NCBI GenBank assembly: GCA_046583355.1
Contig: JAYGCM010000023.1
Location: forward strand, 1-17,320
Direction: 5' to 3'
DNA from: Deltaproteobacteria bacterium
GTDB lineage: Bacteria; Desulfobacterota; Binatia; UBA12015
DNA length: 17,320 bases
Shown piece by piece: positions 1 through 8,168 of the stretch (the stretch's first letter is position 1; each line of letters opens with the position of its first letter). Below the pieces are notes generated by a model, which ran no database searches, was not told where the DNA came from, and saw only the letters and a program-made list of their open reading frames with translations. A program made the translations under genes and the position numbers.

Positions 1-120
1 TGCGGCCGCTGGACTGCGTCACGCTCTCTCCCAATGGCTACGGCCATTGCTCGGTCGCCGACCAAGCCAGCTGCCGCAATCGACGCCCTTTGTGCAAAGC
101 CCTGCTTTCCGGCCGGACCT

Positions 121-1503
121 CTAGAGATCGAGGAGGCTTTCCAGCGCGATGCCGCGCGAGGCCTTGAGCAGCAAGGTCGTGGCCGCGTCGCCGGCCAGCA
201 GCGGCAGCAGGGCGGCGCGCGCGGCCTTTGCATCGGCGACGCAGACGACATCCGCCCCGGCCGCACGCGCGGCCTCGCCCAGCAGCCGGGCGAGCGGCCC
301 GACCGCGATGATCCGGGCGTGCGGCGCGAGCTCGGCTGCGCGCGCGCCGACCTCACGGTGCGCGGCATGGCGGACCTCTCCGAGTTCAAGCATATCGCCC
401 AGGACCAGAATCAAGCGCTCGCGGCCGCGATGCAGGGCCAGAGTGGCGTGAATCGCCGCGATGCAGGCGGCGGGGTTGGAGTTATAGCAATCGTCAACCG
501 TGAGAAGGTTATGTGTCGTCGACTCGATGGCGACCAGCCGATGCGCGGCCGGCTGCACGTCGGCAAAGCCGCGTACGATGGTAGCGTCCGGGAGGCCGAG
601 TTCGCGCGCCATTACGGCGGCGAACGCCCCGGCCCACGCGGCCGGCTCGCCGAGGAGCGGTGTTCTCACCCGCAGGGGTGCGGCGCCGTCGCGGCGCGCG
701 AGTTGAAACGAGGTGCCGCCGCGGTCCATCTGGATGTCGCGTAGCTGCCAATCATCGTCCGGGCGGGTGCCGAGCGACTCGACCCGGAGGTGGCTGCGCT
801 TGCGGGCGGCCGTAACCAGGCGGGGCTCGGCCGAGCCGACCAAGGCCAGCGCCCCTGCAGGCAGGGCATCGAGGATCGCGGTCTCTTCTTGGATCACGCC
901 GGCGATATCTTTCAGGAATTCGAGATGCTCATCGAAGGCGGCGGTGATGATCGCGTGGTCGGGCGTGGCCATGGTCGCGATGCGGATCAGCTCGCCCGGC
1001 ATGCTGGTGCCCAGCTCCAGCACCAGGAACTCGGTGTCCTCGGGCGCATGGAGAAGGGCCAGCGGCGAGCCGACCTGACTATTCGCGTTGCCGGGGGTGG
1101 CGTGGATGCGTCCGCCGGCGCCAAGCACGGCGGCGAGAGTCTCTTTTGTCGTGGTCTTGCCGTTGCTGCCGGCAATTCCGACCACGGCGGCGCTGTGGCG
1201 GCGGCGGTATTCGGCCGCGAGGGTTTGCAGGGCTTCGGTGGTGTCCGTCACGCGGATTCGGCAGGGCTCATCGGGCTTGCCCGCGCGGCCGTCTTGCATG
1301 ACCAGAGCGCCGCCGGCTCCGTCGGCAAATACGGCTTCGAGAAAATCATGCCCGTTATGATGCTCGCCCGGTAGCGCCACGAAAAGCGCTCCGGCGGGGA
1401 CGTTGCGCGAGTCGAGCACGGCCGTCTGGAAGCGACGCTTCGGGTCACCGCTGGTGACCTGGCCCGCGCAGATCCGGGCAATTTCTTCAGCTGAAAAGTC
1501 CAC
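121..1503 (-). CDS. murF: UDP-N-acetylmuramoyl-tripeptide--D-alanyl-D-alanine ligase (MurF family), stand-alone copy
   Basis: Mur ligase motifs in translation: DSR..V.AGALFVALPGEHHNGHDF (N-domain), P-loop GSNGKTTTKE, DDCYNSNP, LGDMLELG, C-terminal LLKASRG. Start placed at GTG 1503 (VDFSAEEIARIC), which matches typical MurF N-termini. The ORF-track extension to 1638 looks non-coding. Confidence 0.9.
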   Translation of the reverse strand: MDFSAEEIARICAGQVTSGDPKRRFQTAVLDSRNVPAGALFVALPGEHHNGHDFLEAVFADGAGGALVMQDGRAGKPDEPCRIRVTDTTEALQTLAAEYRRRHSAAVVGIAGSNGKTTTKETLAAVLGAGGRIHATPGNANSQVGSPLALLHAPEDTEFLVLELGTSMPGELIRIATMATPDHAIITAAFDEHLEFLKDIAGVIQEETAILDALPAGALALVGSAEPRLVTAARKRSHLRVESLGTRPDDDWQLRDIQMDRGGTSFQLARRDGAAPLRVRTPLLGEPAAWAGAFAAVMARELGLPDATIVRGFADVQPAAHRLVAIESTTHNLLTVDDCYNSNPAACIAAIHATLALHRGRERLILVLGDMLELGEVRHAAHREVGARAAELAPHARIIAVGPLARLLGEAARAAGADVVCVADAKAARAALLPLLAGDAATTLLLKASRGIALESLLDL

Positions 1504-1713
1504 GCGCAGCGGAGCTAATAGGAAGGGAGGTCCGAGTACAATCGCCCACTTCAGTTTGTTCCGGTGGGCGGCACCTCCAAGCGGGAGGGTCGTGTGCGGC
1601 ACGTCGTGGCCGCTTGCACACGGGTTCGGCCCATTCACGAATTTTCTGCAGGCGTGGGCAGCGATTCGGTGCTTTCGTGGATTTGTGTCAGAATTCTCTG
1701 CATGGAGTCGGAT

Positions 1714-2847
1714 ATGACGCTGCCGCGCGATGAGCCCGGTGGCCTACTCTCCAGCCAGGCCAAGATGGTTCTCGGAGCCTCGCTGGCGATCGGGCTGCAA
1801 CTGGGGTTGTTCCAGGCCTTCATGCTCGGCAGCTACTGGCCGCTGCTCAGTAGCACGGTGGGTGCGCTGCTCTTCGGCTTGGCGGCGCTTTTGCTCTGGC
1901 AGCGGGTATTTCCGCTGCTGCGACGGCTGCCGCGGCGGCGCCGGACCTTGGCGCAGGTTCTCATCGCGATCGCCTTCATCACGCCGATCTCGTTTCTGCT
2001 GGTCAACGGCTTGGGCTGGATCGGCGGTCGGGCGACGATGTTCAGCCCCTATGGGGGCGAAGATATCACGATCACGGTAGCGGCCTCGCAGCTGCGGATC
2101 GCACCGCTGGTGTTCTTCCTGATGCCGATCCTCCCCACCGTGGTGATGATCGTAATCGGTTTCAACCAGAGTTGGTGGCAGATCTTCTTGTTGCGGCGAC
2201 GCGAGAGCCATGCCCGGCAACTGGTAGCGGCGGCCGAATTGGACGCCCTGCGCGCACAGATCAATCCGCATTTTCTTTTCAATAGCTTGAATTCCATCGC
2301 GCAATTGATCGGTACGGATCCGGCCCGCGCCGAGGAATGTGTGGAGCGTCTGGCGGAGATCTTCCGCTATATTTTGCAGAGCGGCAACCGTGCCTTCGTG
2401 ACATTGGATGACGAACTCGGCATCGTGGACGCCTATCTTGATATCGAGCGCGCGCGTTTCGGCGACAAGCTCCTGGTAGATTACGATATTGACGATGCGG
2501 CCCGGCATCATTCCGTGCCGACGCTGATCCTGCAGCCGCTGATTGAGAATGCCGTGCGCCATGGCATTTCGAAGAAGATCGGTGGCGGTACGGTCTCGAT
2601 CCATGCGGCGCTATCGGGCAAGGATCTGAAGATCGTGGTGCACGATACCGGCCTGGGCATGGCCGGCAGCGTCAAGGATTCTCTGGATGCCGGTGTCGGT
2701 TTGCGCAATGTGCACGACCGTCTCGTCTTTCTCTTCGGCGAGGAATACGCGCCGCAGATCGAGAGCCGCCCGGGCCATGGGACAACCATCGAATTACGCT
2801 TGCCGCCGCGAGCCGAGGCGGCCGGTGGCGACGCGATGCTGCATTAG
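1714..2847 (+). CDS. LytS/YehU-family sensor histidine kinase (about 4 TM N-terminus, His_kinase + HATPase_c)
   Basis: H-box LRAQINPHFLFNSLNSI, N-box LQPLIENAVRHG, DTGLGM and GVGLRNV G-boxes, hydrophobic N-terminal segments. Start ATG 1714 is preceded by GGAG (1704-1707). ATG 1702 is an alternative start. Confidence 0.92.
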   Translation: MTLPRDEPGGLLSSQAKMVLGASLAIGLQLGLFQAFMLGSYWPLLSSTVGALLFGLAALLLWQRVFPLLRRLPRRRRTLAQVLIAIAFITPISFLLVNGLGWIGGRATMFSPYGGEDITITVAASQLRIAPLVFFLMPILPTVVMIVIGFNQSWWQIFLLRRRESHARQLVAAAELDALRAQINPHFLFNSLNSIAQLIGTDPARAEECVERLAEIFRYILQSGNRAFVTLDDELGIVDAYLDIERARFGDKLLVDYDIDDAARHHSVPTLILQPLIENAVRHGISKKIGGGTVSIHAALSGKDLKIVVHDTGLGMAGSVKDSLDAGVGLRNVHDRLVFLFGEEYAPQIESRPGHGTTIELRLPPRAEAAGGDAMLH

Positions 2848-2886
2848 CAGCGGCCATCAATCTTTTTCTGCGAGGGCCTGCATACC

Positions 2887-3642
2887 ATGGGAATGATCCG
2901 GACTGTCGTCGTGGACGACGAGAAGCTGGCGCGCGAGCGCGTGAAGGGCTTCCTCGCCAAGCTCAAAGATGTTGAGCTTGTCGGCGAAGCCGACGACGGC
3001 AAGAGCGCCTTGCAGGTAATCGAAGTCCAGCAGCCCGATCTGATTTTCCTCGATGTCCAGATGCCCGGCCAGGATGGTTTCAGCGTCGTCAAGGCATTGA
3101 AAAATCCGCCGCATGTGATCTTCGCCACGGCTTTTGATGAGTACGCCATCAAGGCCTTCGAGGTCGAAGCCCTCGACTATTTGCTCAAGCCGTTATCGCT
3201 AAAACGGGTGGCCGAGGCGGTGGAGCGCGTGCGCGAAAGGCTCGCTGTCGGCGAGAAATATCTCGATGTAGCGGCGGCCGAGCGCGCCGCTGCGCCGCGC
3301 AAATCCTACGCCGTACAGATCCCGGTTCATACGGCGCGTAAAATCCTGGTCTTGCCGGTCGAGAAGATTCTCTGGTTCGCGGTCGAGTCGCGGCTGGTTT
3401 ATGCGCATGTCGACGGCCGGGCGTATATGACGAATTTTACGCTACGCGAGCTCGGAGAGCGTCTCGACCCGGAGATCTTCTTCCGCGCCCACAAATCCCG
3501 TCTGGTGAATCTGCGCCAAGTAAAAGAGATCACCCGCTGGTTCGGCGGGCGCTTTCGCCTCGTGATGAACGACGCGGAAGCCAGCCAGGTAGACCTCTCC
3601 CGCGTCCAGGCGCGCGCTTTGCGCGCACGCCTGGGCTGGTAG
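2887..3642 (+). CDS. LytTR-family two-component response regulator (REC + LytTR)
   Basis: VVVDDEKLAR, DLIFLDVQMPG (phospho-Asp), FATAFDEYAIKAFEVEALDYLLKP, LytTR motif FFRAHKSRLVNL. Directly follows the kinase, with GAGGG upstream. Confidence 0.95.
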   Translation: MGMIRTVVVDDEKLARERVKGFLAKLKDVELVGEADDGKSALQVIEVQQPDLIFLDVQMPGQDGFSVVKALKNPPHVIFATAFDEYAIKAFEVEALDYLLKPLSLKRVAEAVERVRERLAVGEKYLDVAAAERAAAPRKSYAVQIPVHTARKILVLPVEKILWFAVESRLVYAHVDGRAYMTNFTLRELGERLDPEIFFRAHKSRLVNLRQVKEITRWFGGRFRLVMNDAEASQVDLSRVQARALRARLGW

Positions 3643-3651
3643 CAGCCGCGG

Positions 3652-4995
3652 CTATTCGGCCTCGGGCAGGTAGCGTTTCAACAAGGCGATGCCGAGGATG
3701 GCGGCGATCAGCGAGCCGCCGAAGATACCGATCTTCGATCCGGCGATCAGCATCGGGTCGCTGAAGGCCAGGTTGGTGACGAAGAGCGACATCGTGAAGC
3801 CGATGCCGGCCAGCAGGCCGACGCCGAGCAGGGCGCCCCAATTCGTGCCCGTTGGCATTGCGGCAATTTTGAGTTTGACTGCAACGAAGCTGAAGAGCCC
3901 GATGCCCAGCGGTTTGCCCAGCAGCAGGCCCGCGGCCACCGCAACACCGACCATGCGGCTGGTCGGGTCGCCGAAGACGCTGGAGTCGAAAATGACCCCG
4001 GCGTTCGCCAGCGCAAAAAGCGGCATGATGAAAAAGGCGACCCATTTCTCCAGCAGGTTGGTCAGGTAGTCGAGCGGCGATTGCGAGCCGATATAGGCGC
4101 CTTGGAGTTGGCCGAAGATATGGGCCTTTTTGTGGCCGCCGTAATCAGCCTGCTGGTCGGAGCGGAAGGTATCGGCCAGGTTCGAGAAATGGCCCTTGGC
4201 CGCATCGACCAGGGTCTCGCGTTCGCCGGTATCGGCGCTGGCTGGTGTGAGCAGACCGAGCAATACGCCCGCGATCGTTGCGTGCACGCCGGATTCGTAC
4301 ATGAGGAACCAGGCCAATGCGCCGACCAGCCAATAGGCGAGGAAGGCGCGGACACCGGCGATGTTCATGATGAGGACCAGGCCGAGCGCAGCAAAACAAA
4401 GCATCAGCGATTGGGTATTGATTTGTTCGGTATAGAAGACCGCAATCACCAGCACCGCGCCAAGGTCGTCGGCGATGGCGAGCGCCAGCAGGAAAATTTT
4501 GAGGGATGCCGGGACGCGGCTGCCCAGGGCTGCCAAGGCGGCGACCGCAAACGCAATATCGGTTGCCATCGGCACGCCCCAGCCCGACGCGGCAGGCCCG
4601 CCCTGATGGAAGGAGGCGTAGATCAGTGCGGGGACGACCATGCCGCCGACGGCGGCGATCAGCGGCAGCATGGCGCGCTGAATCGAAGAGAGCTCGCCCA
4701 ATACGACCTCGCGTTTGATCTCCATGCCGACCACGAAGAAGAAGATCGCCATCAGCCCGTCGTTGACCCAATGTGCTAGCGAGAGAGTGAAGGGGTCGTG
4801 GCCGAATCCGATGGTGACGGGGGTATGCCAGAAATGGTCGTAGCTGGCGCCCCAAGGTGAGTTCGCCCAGGTCACCGCCACGATCGTCATGATCAGCAGC
4901 AGGATGGCGCCGCCGGTCTCCAACTCGATGAAGCGTTGGAACGGGTCGCTCAGGACTTGCACGGCGCGGTTACGGCGCGGGGTCTGATCAGCCAT
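3652..4995 (-). CDS. nhaA: Na+/H+ antiporter NhaA
   Basis: NhaA motifs HWVNDGLMAIFFFVVGMEIKRE, GWGVPMATDIAFA, LALAIADDLGAVLVIAVFY (DD ion-binding pair), GVHATIAGV, PLFALANAGV, GKPLGI, AGIGFTMSLF. Confidence 0.96.
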   Translation of the reverse strand: MADQTPRRNRAVQVLSDPFQRFIELETGGAILLLIMTIVAVTWANSPWGASYDHFWHTPVTIGFGHDPFTLSLAHWVNDGLMAIFFFVVGMEIKREVVLGELSSIQRAMLPLIAAVGGMVVPALIYASFHQGGPAASGWGVPMATDIAFAVAALAALGSRVPASLKIFLLALAIADDLGAVLVIAVFYTEQINTQSLMLCFAALGLVLIMNIAGVRAFLAYWLVGALAWFLMYESGVHATIAGVLLGLLTPASADTGERETLVDAAKGHFSNLADTFRSDQQADYGGHKKAHIFGQLQGAYIGSQSPLDYLTNLLEKWVAFFIMPLFALANAGVIFDSSVFGDPTSRMVGVAVAAGLLLGKPLGIGLFSFVAVKLKIAAMPTGTNWGALLGVGLLAGIGFTMSLFVTNLAFSDPMLIAGSKIGIFGGSLIAAILGIALLKRYLPEAE

Positions 4996-5019
4996 CGGTA
5001 TTTTCTCTTTTTGTTGCGG

Positions 5020-5050
5020 CGAGCGAGGGCTGGGTTACGGCCCTCGCTCG
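5020..5050. repeat. Perfect 11-bp inverted repeat (hairpin) between TPR gene stop and nhaA start
   Basis: CGAGCGAGGGC (5020-5030) pairs with GCCCTCGCTCG (5040-5050), 9-nt loop. No U-tract follows on the transcribed minus strand. Confidence 0.75.
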
Positions 5051-5051
5051 A

Positions 5052-6323
5052 TTATTGCTCGGTCGGGATCTCAGCCATTATTTTGCCGGTGGGCTTGTCA
5101 ACGATCTCGACGCGCACAGGCATTTCGATTTCATATTTCGCCTCGGCCTCGCGCAACCCCTTGGTCATCTTGCCGAGGAAGGCATGGCGCATGACCGGCG
5201 GCATCTGCTCCATCGGGAAGCTTGCCATCTCCACCCGGACGAGTTCGTCGGAGGGCCAGACAACGGCCACCACCTTGGGCCCTGCGATTTTTGCGGTGCG
5301 GAAGAGGAATTCGACGGTTCCGCGGAAGGTATCGGGTGCGGTTGCAGGCAGGGCGGGGGCTTTGCCGCCCATGCCCGCACCTGCTGGCGCGCTCGCGCGT
5401 GCTTGAGCCTGCAGGCGCTGTGCGGCGACTTGTGCGGCATCGGTTAACGAGCTGCCGCTCTCACGGGCTGCTTCCAGAAGTGCTTTGAGCCGCGCCTTGG
5501 TTTGCGGCTCGGTGGTGAATTCGTAGGCCTTCTCGACTTGCTCCAGCGCTTCGTCGCGCCGGCCCTGTTTGTCGAAGACGATGCCACGGTTGAACCAAGC
5601 CTGGTAGAACTCGGGGTGGGCCGCGATGACGGTATCCCATTCGGCGATGGCGGCGTCGGCGTCGCCGAGCTCGAAGCGCATCGTGCCGAGGTCGGTGCGG
5701 ACGTCCGGGTTGTCGCTCTCTATGACGAGGTAGCGTTCGTAGAAATCGGCGGCTTTCTCGCGCTGGCCCTGGTCGTAGGAGAGATTCCCCAGCCCGCGCA
5801 GGCCGGTCAGGTTCTGCTCGTCTTTGCCCAGGAGATGTTCGTAGGCGGAGCGGGCCTGGCCGAGGTAGCTGCGGTCGAGCCGCGAGGCTCGGTAGTAGAC
5901 CCCGGCGATCGATTCCCAGGCGTCCAGGTCGTCGGGATTCGCTTCGGCTTTACTCGCCAATCCGGCGATATAGTTGCGGATCTCGTCGGGTAGACGCATC
6001 GTGCGCGGCGCCTGTGGCTGCGGCTGCGTCTGCACTGGAACGATGGCGCCATCGGCCGTGAGTTTCTCGCCGGGTTTGAGGGCGCGTTCGGGTGCGTCGG
6101 CGCGGTTCTGGAACCAGAAGCCCCCACCCGCACCGGCCAGAATCAGCAGGACCACGATCCCGATGATGGGTCCGGATTTGCTCGCAGGAGGCGTCGCCAC
6201 CGCCGGTGCCTTGCCCCCGACAGCGGCCGTGTCCTTGCCCGCCAAGGCGTGTCCGCAGGAGATACAGAAGCTATTGCCGGACTCGATCTCGGTCCCGCAC
6301 TCGGGGCAAAACTTGAACGCCAT
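5052..6323 (-). CDS. Zinc-ribbon / single-TM / tetratricopeptide-repeat protein with uncharacterised C-terminal domain
   Basis: N-terminal FCPECG...FCISCG zinc ribbon; TM IIGIVVLLILAGAGGGFWF; TPR-like helices (NPDDLDAW, LRGLGNLSYDQG, VRTDLGTM, AWFNRGIVF). Start at ATG 6323 (MAFKFCPECG). Confidence 0.82.
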   Translation of the reverse strand: MAFKFCPECGTEIESGNSFCISCGHALAGKDTAAVGGKAPAVATPPASKSGPIIGIVVLLILAGAGGGFWFQNRADAPERALKPGEKLTADGAIVPVQTQPQPQAPRTMRLPDEIRNYIAGLASKAEANPDDLDAWESIAGVYYRASRLDRSYLGQARSAYEHLLGKDEQNLTGLRGLGNLSYDQGQREKAADFYERYLVIESDNPDVRTDLGTMRFELGDADAAIAEWDTVIAAHPEFYQAWFNRGIVFDKQGRRDEALEQVEKAYEFTTEPQTKARLKALLEAARESGSSLTDAAQVAAQRLQAQARASAPAGAGMGGKAPALPATAPDTFRGTVEFLFRTAKIAGPKVVAVVWPSDELVRVEMASFPMEQMPPVMRHAFLGKMTKGLREAEAKYEIEMPVRVEIVDKPTGKIMAEIPTEQ

Positions 6324-6490
6324 CCGCCACCCATAACGGTTTTCGCCCCGCAATTGCCACGCCGCCCGGCCGGCGAGTCGGGCAAAACGGCTGGAGGCAA
6401 GTGGCGCTCGAATGCCGCCTGCCTTTTCGGCCGCAGCTCCAAGCCACCAGCGGCCTTGACTCAGGGGCAGCGGGACGGTCGAAGAAGGAT

Positions 6491-7006
6491 GTGGGGCGCT
6501 GGGGACCGAACCTTTTATGCTGGCTGCGGATCGCGCTGGGCCCGGCCTTCGCGCTCGCCTTGGGTGCGGGCGGCGTCTGGCCGCTGGCGCTTGTCTCGAC
6601 TGCCGCCCTCACGGACTTCTTCGACGGCCGCTTGGCCCGTCGGGCCGGCATCGCAACGCGCGGCGGGCTCTATCTCGATGTGGCCGCCGACGGCATCTTT
6701 CTGCTCACCGCCCTGGTCGCGCTCGCCTCGCAGGAGCGGATCTCCTGGCTGATGCCGTGTGCCGTGACAATAGCACTCAGCGCGCTGGCCTGGCAATGGT
6801 CCCGTCGGCAACCGGGTGACTCTCCCGTGCGTGGTCTCGCCGACCGCGTCGGCCACACGGCCGGGGTCGCAAATTACGGACTTGTTTTCGCTGCCGCCGC
6901 CGCGCCGCTGGTCGGCCTCGAGCCGCGCGCCATCGTCATCCTCAGCCTAGCCATGGCGGTTTTTAATCTTGCGCCGCTTGCTCTGCGCTTGCTCAAGCGG
7001 CCTTGA
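6491..7006 (+). CDS. CDP-alcohol phosphatidyltransferase family protein (PgsA-like)
   Basis: Signature D-x2-D-G-x2-A-R...G-x3-D-x3-D present as TDFFDGRLARRAGIATRGGLYLDVAAD, plus N-terminal PNLLCWLR. Start uncertain: GTG 6491 chosen, ORF track extends to 6401. Confidence 0.85.
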   Translation: MGRWGPNLLCWLRIALGPAFALALGAGGVWPLALVSTAALTDFFDGRLARRAGIATRGGLYLDVAADGIFLLTALVALASQERISWLMPCAVTIALSALAWQWSRRQPGDSPVRGLADRVGHTAGVANYGLVFAAAAAPLVGLEPRAIVILSLAMAVFNLAPLALRLLKRP

Positions 7007-7087
7007 TCTTCCCCAGCTGGCGCCCGCATGCAGGCCTGCTTTTCGGCAGGGCTCTCAGGCCTCTTGGCGGCCTTTGCGGCGGAGCTT

Positions 7088-8047
7088 TCAGCCGTCCGTG
7101 TCGGAGCGGTTCTCGGCGCCCGCCTCGGCGAGCAATTCCTCGCGTTGTGCCGCCAGGTCCCAGATTTCGCGTCCTTTGACCGGCAGGAAGCAGACTCCGA
7201 GTAGCGCGTTAGTGACGAGGAACATCAGATGCGCGCAGAGGCTGTAGGCGAGTAGGTTGGCCTCGGGAGCGTAGCTGCCAAGGAGGAAGACCCAGGCGGC
7301 CTGCGCTGTGCCCAGCTTCGCGACCGTGAGCGGCACGGCGGAGGCGAGGTAGATCAGCGGCAGATTCGCGAGAATGACGAAGAAGGGAATATCCATCCCG
7401 AAGAAGCCGACCGCAGCCCAATTGAGCACGGCGGCGAGAAAAAGCGCGGTGGCTTTGAATGCCAGCACGGCGAGGTAGTCGGTGATGTGGGCACGGTCGA
7501 AGGTCGAGAGCAGGCCGGGTGCGGGCCGTGCCACACCGAGTAGCTTGAGGCCGCGGAAATAGAAGAGGATACCGGCCAGGGCTGCGTAGAGTATAAAATA
7601 GGCCTCGCGTAATCCTGGCACGCTGGTGCCGGCCATGGCCGCGCCGAGCGAGGAGACCAGGATCAGGTCCGAGACCTCGATGAAGGCGAGGAAGATCATG
7701 GTTCCGCCGATCGCGAGGAAGGGGATCTTCTCCTTGCGCCAGAGCCAGAGAGCGAGGCCGCCCTGGGCGACGTTATGGTTGACCAGGGAAAGGACGTAGG
7801 TGACCGCGCGCACGGGAATCATGTCGCGATAGCGCACGGGGGCATGGAAGCGGCGCACGGCCACCGTGAGCGCTCCGGCATCGAGCAGAAGGTAGAGGCA
7901 GGAATAGGGCACCAGGATCGCCAGATAGAGCCCCCAGCGAGCATTGGCCAGCGTGTCGATCACCTGGTCCACGGGAATCCGCGAGAACAGAAATACAAAA
8001 AGCAGAACCGTGAAAATCCACGGAACGATCATCTTCAAAATCTTCAT
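7088..8047 (-). CDS. Lysylphosphatidylglycerol synthase transmembrane-domain (UPF0104, flippase-like) membrane protein
   Basis: About 8 hydrophobic segments. N-terminal 'LLFVFLFSRIPVDQVIDTLANARW' pattern and 'VPLTVAKLGTAQAAW' resembling the P.TPGG.G..E motif of this family. ATG 8047 has GGGGAAAGA upstream. Confidence 0.7.
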   Translation of the reverse strand: MKILKMIVPWIFTVLLFVFLFSRIPVDQVIDTLANARWGLYLAILVPYSCLYLLLDAGALTVAVRRFHAPVRYRDMIPVRAVTYVLSLVNHNVAQGGLALWLWRKEKIPFLAIGGTMIFLAFIEVSDLILVSSLGAAMAGTSVPGLREAYFILYAALAGILFYFRGLKLLGVARPAPGLLSTFDRAHITDYLAVLAFKATALFLAAVLNWAAVGFFGMDIPFFVILANLPLIYLASAVPLTVAKLGTAQAAWVFLLGSYAPEANLLAYSLCAHLMFLVTNALLGVCFLPVKGREIWDLAAQREELLAEAGAENRSDTDG

Positions 8048-8168
8048 TCTTTCCCCAACCATGCCCCGGCGCGGTGCACCGACGCAGTAGAGCAGAAGAA
8101 GGGCCGGGTCCGCGACCTCCGGGAAGCAGGACGAAGGGATAGGGCCGCGGAGCTCCGGTCGGCCGGGA

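Noticed and set aside
1..168. Possible 3' end of a convergent plus-strand gene (frame 2 stops at TAG 122-124, overlapping the murF stop in CTAG; frame 3 is open a little further)
   Set aside because: Too short and no recognisable motif; I cannot tell which frame, if any, is coding.
1504..1713. ORF-track N-terminal extensions of murF (to 1638) and of the kinase (from 1564), which would overlap
   Set aside because: The extensions lack family similarity, and better starts exist at 1503 and 1714/1702.
4060..4240. Hydrophilic insertion in NhaA relative to E. coli
   Set aside because: Similar loop insertions are common among NhaA homologues.
7007..7087. Weak hairpin (CCTGC-ttttcg-GCAGG) between convergent genes as a terminator
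   Set aside because: Short stem with no convincing U-tract on either strand.
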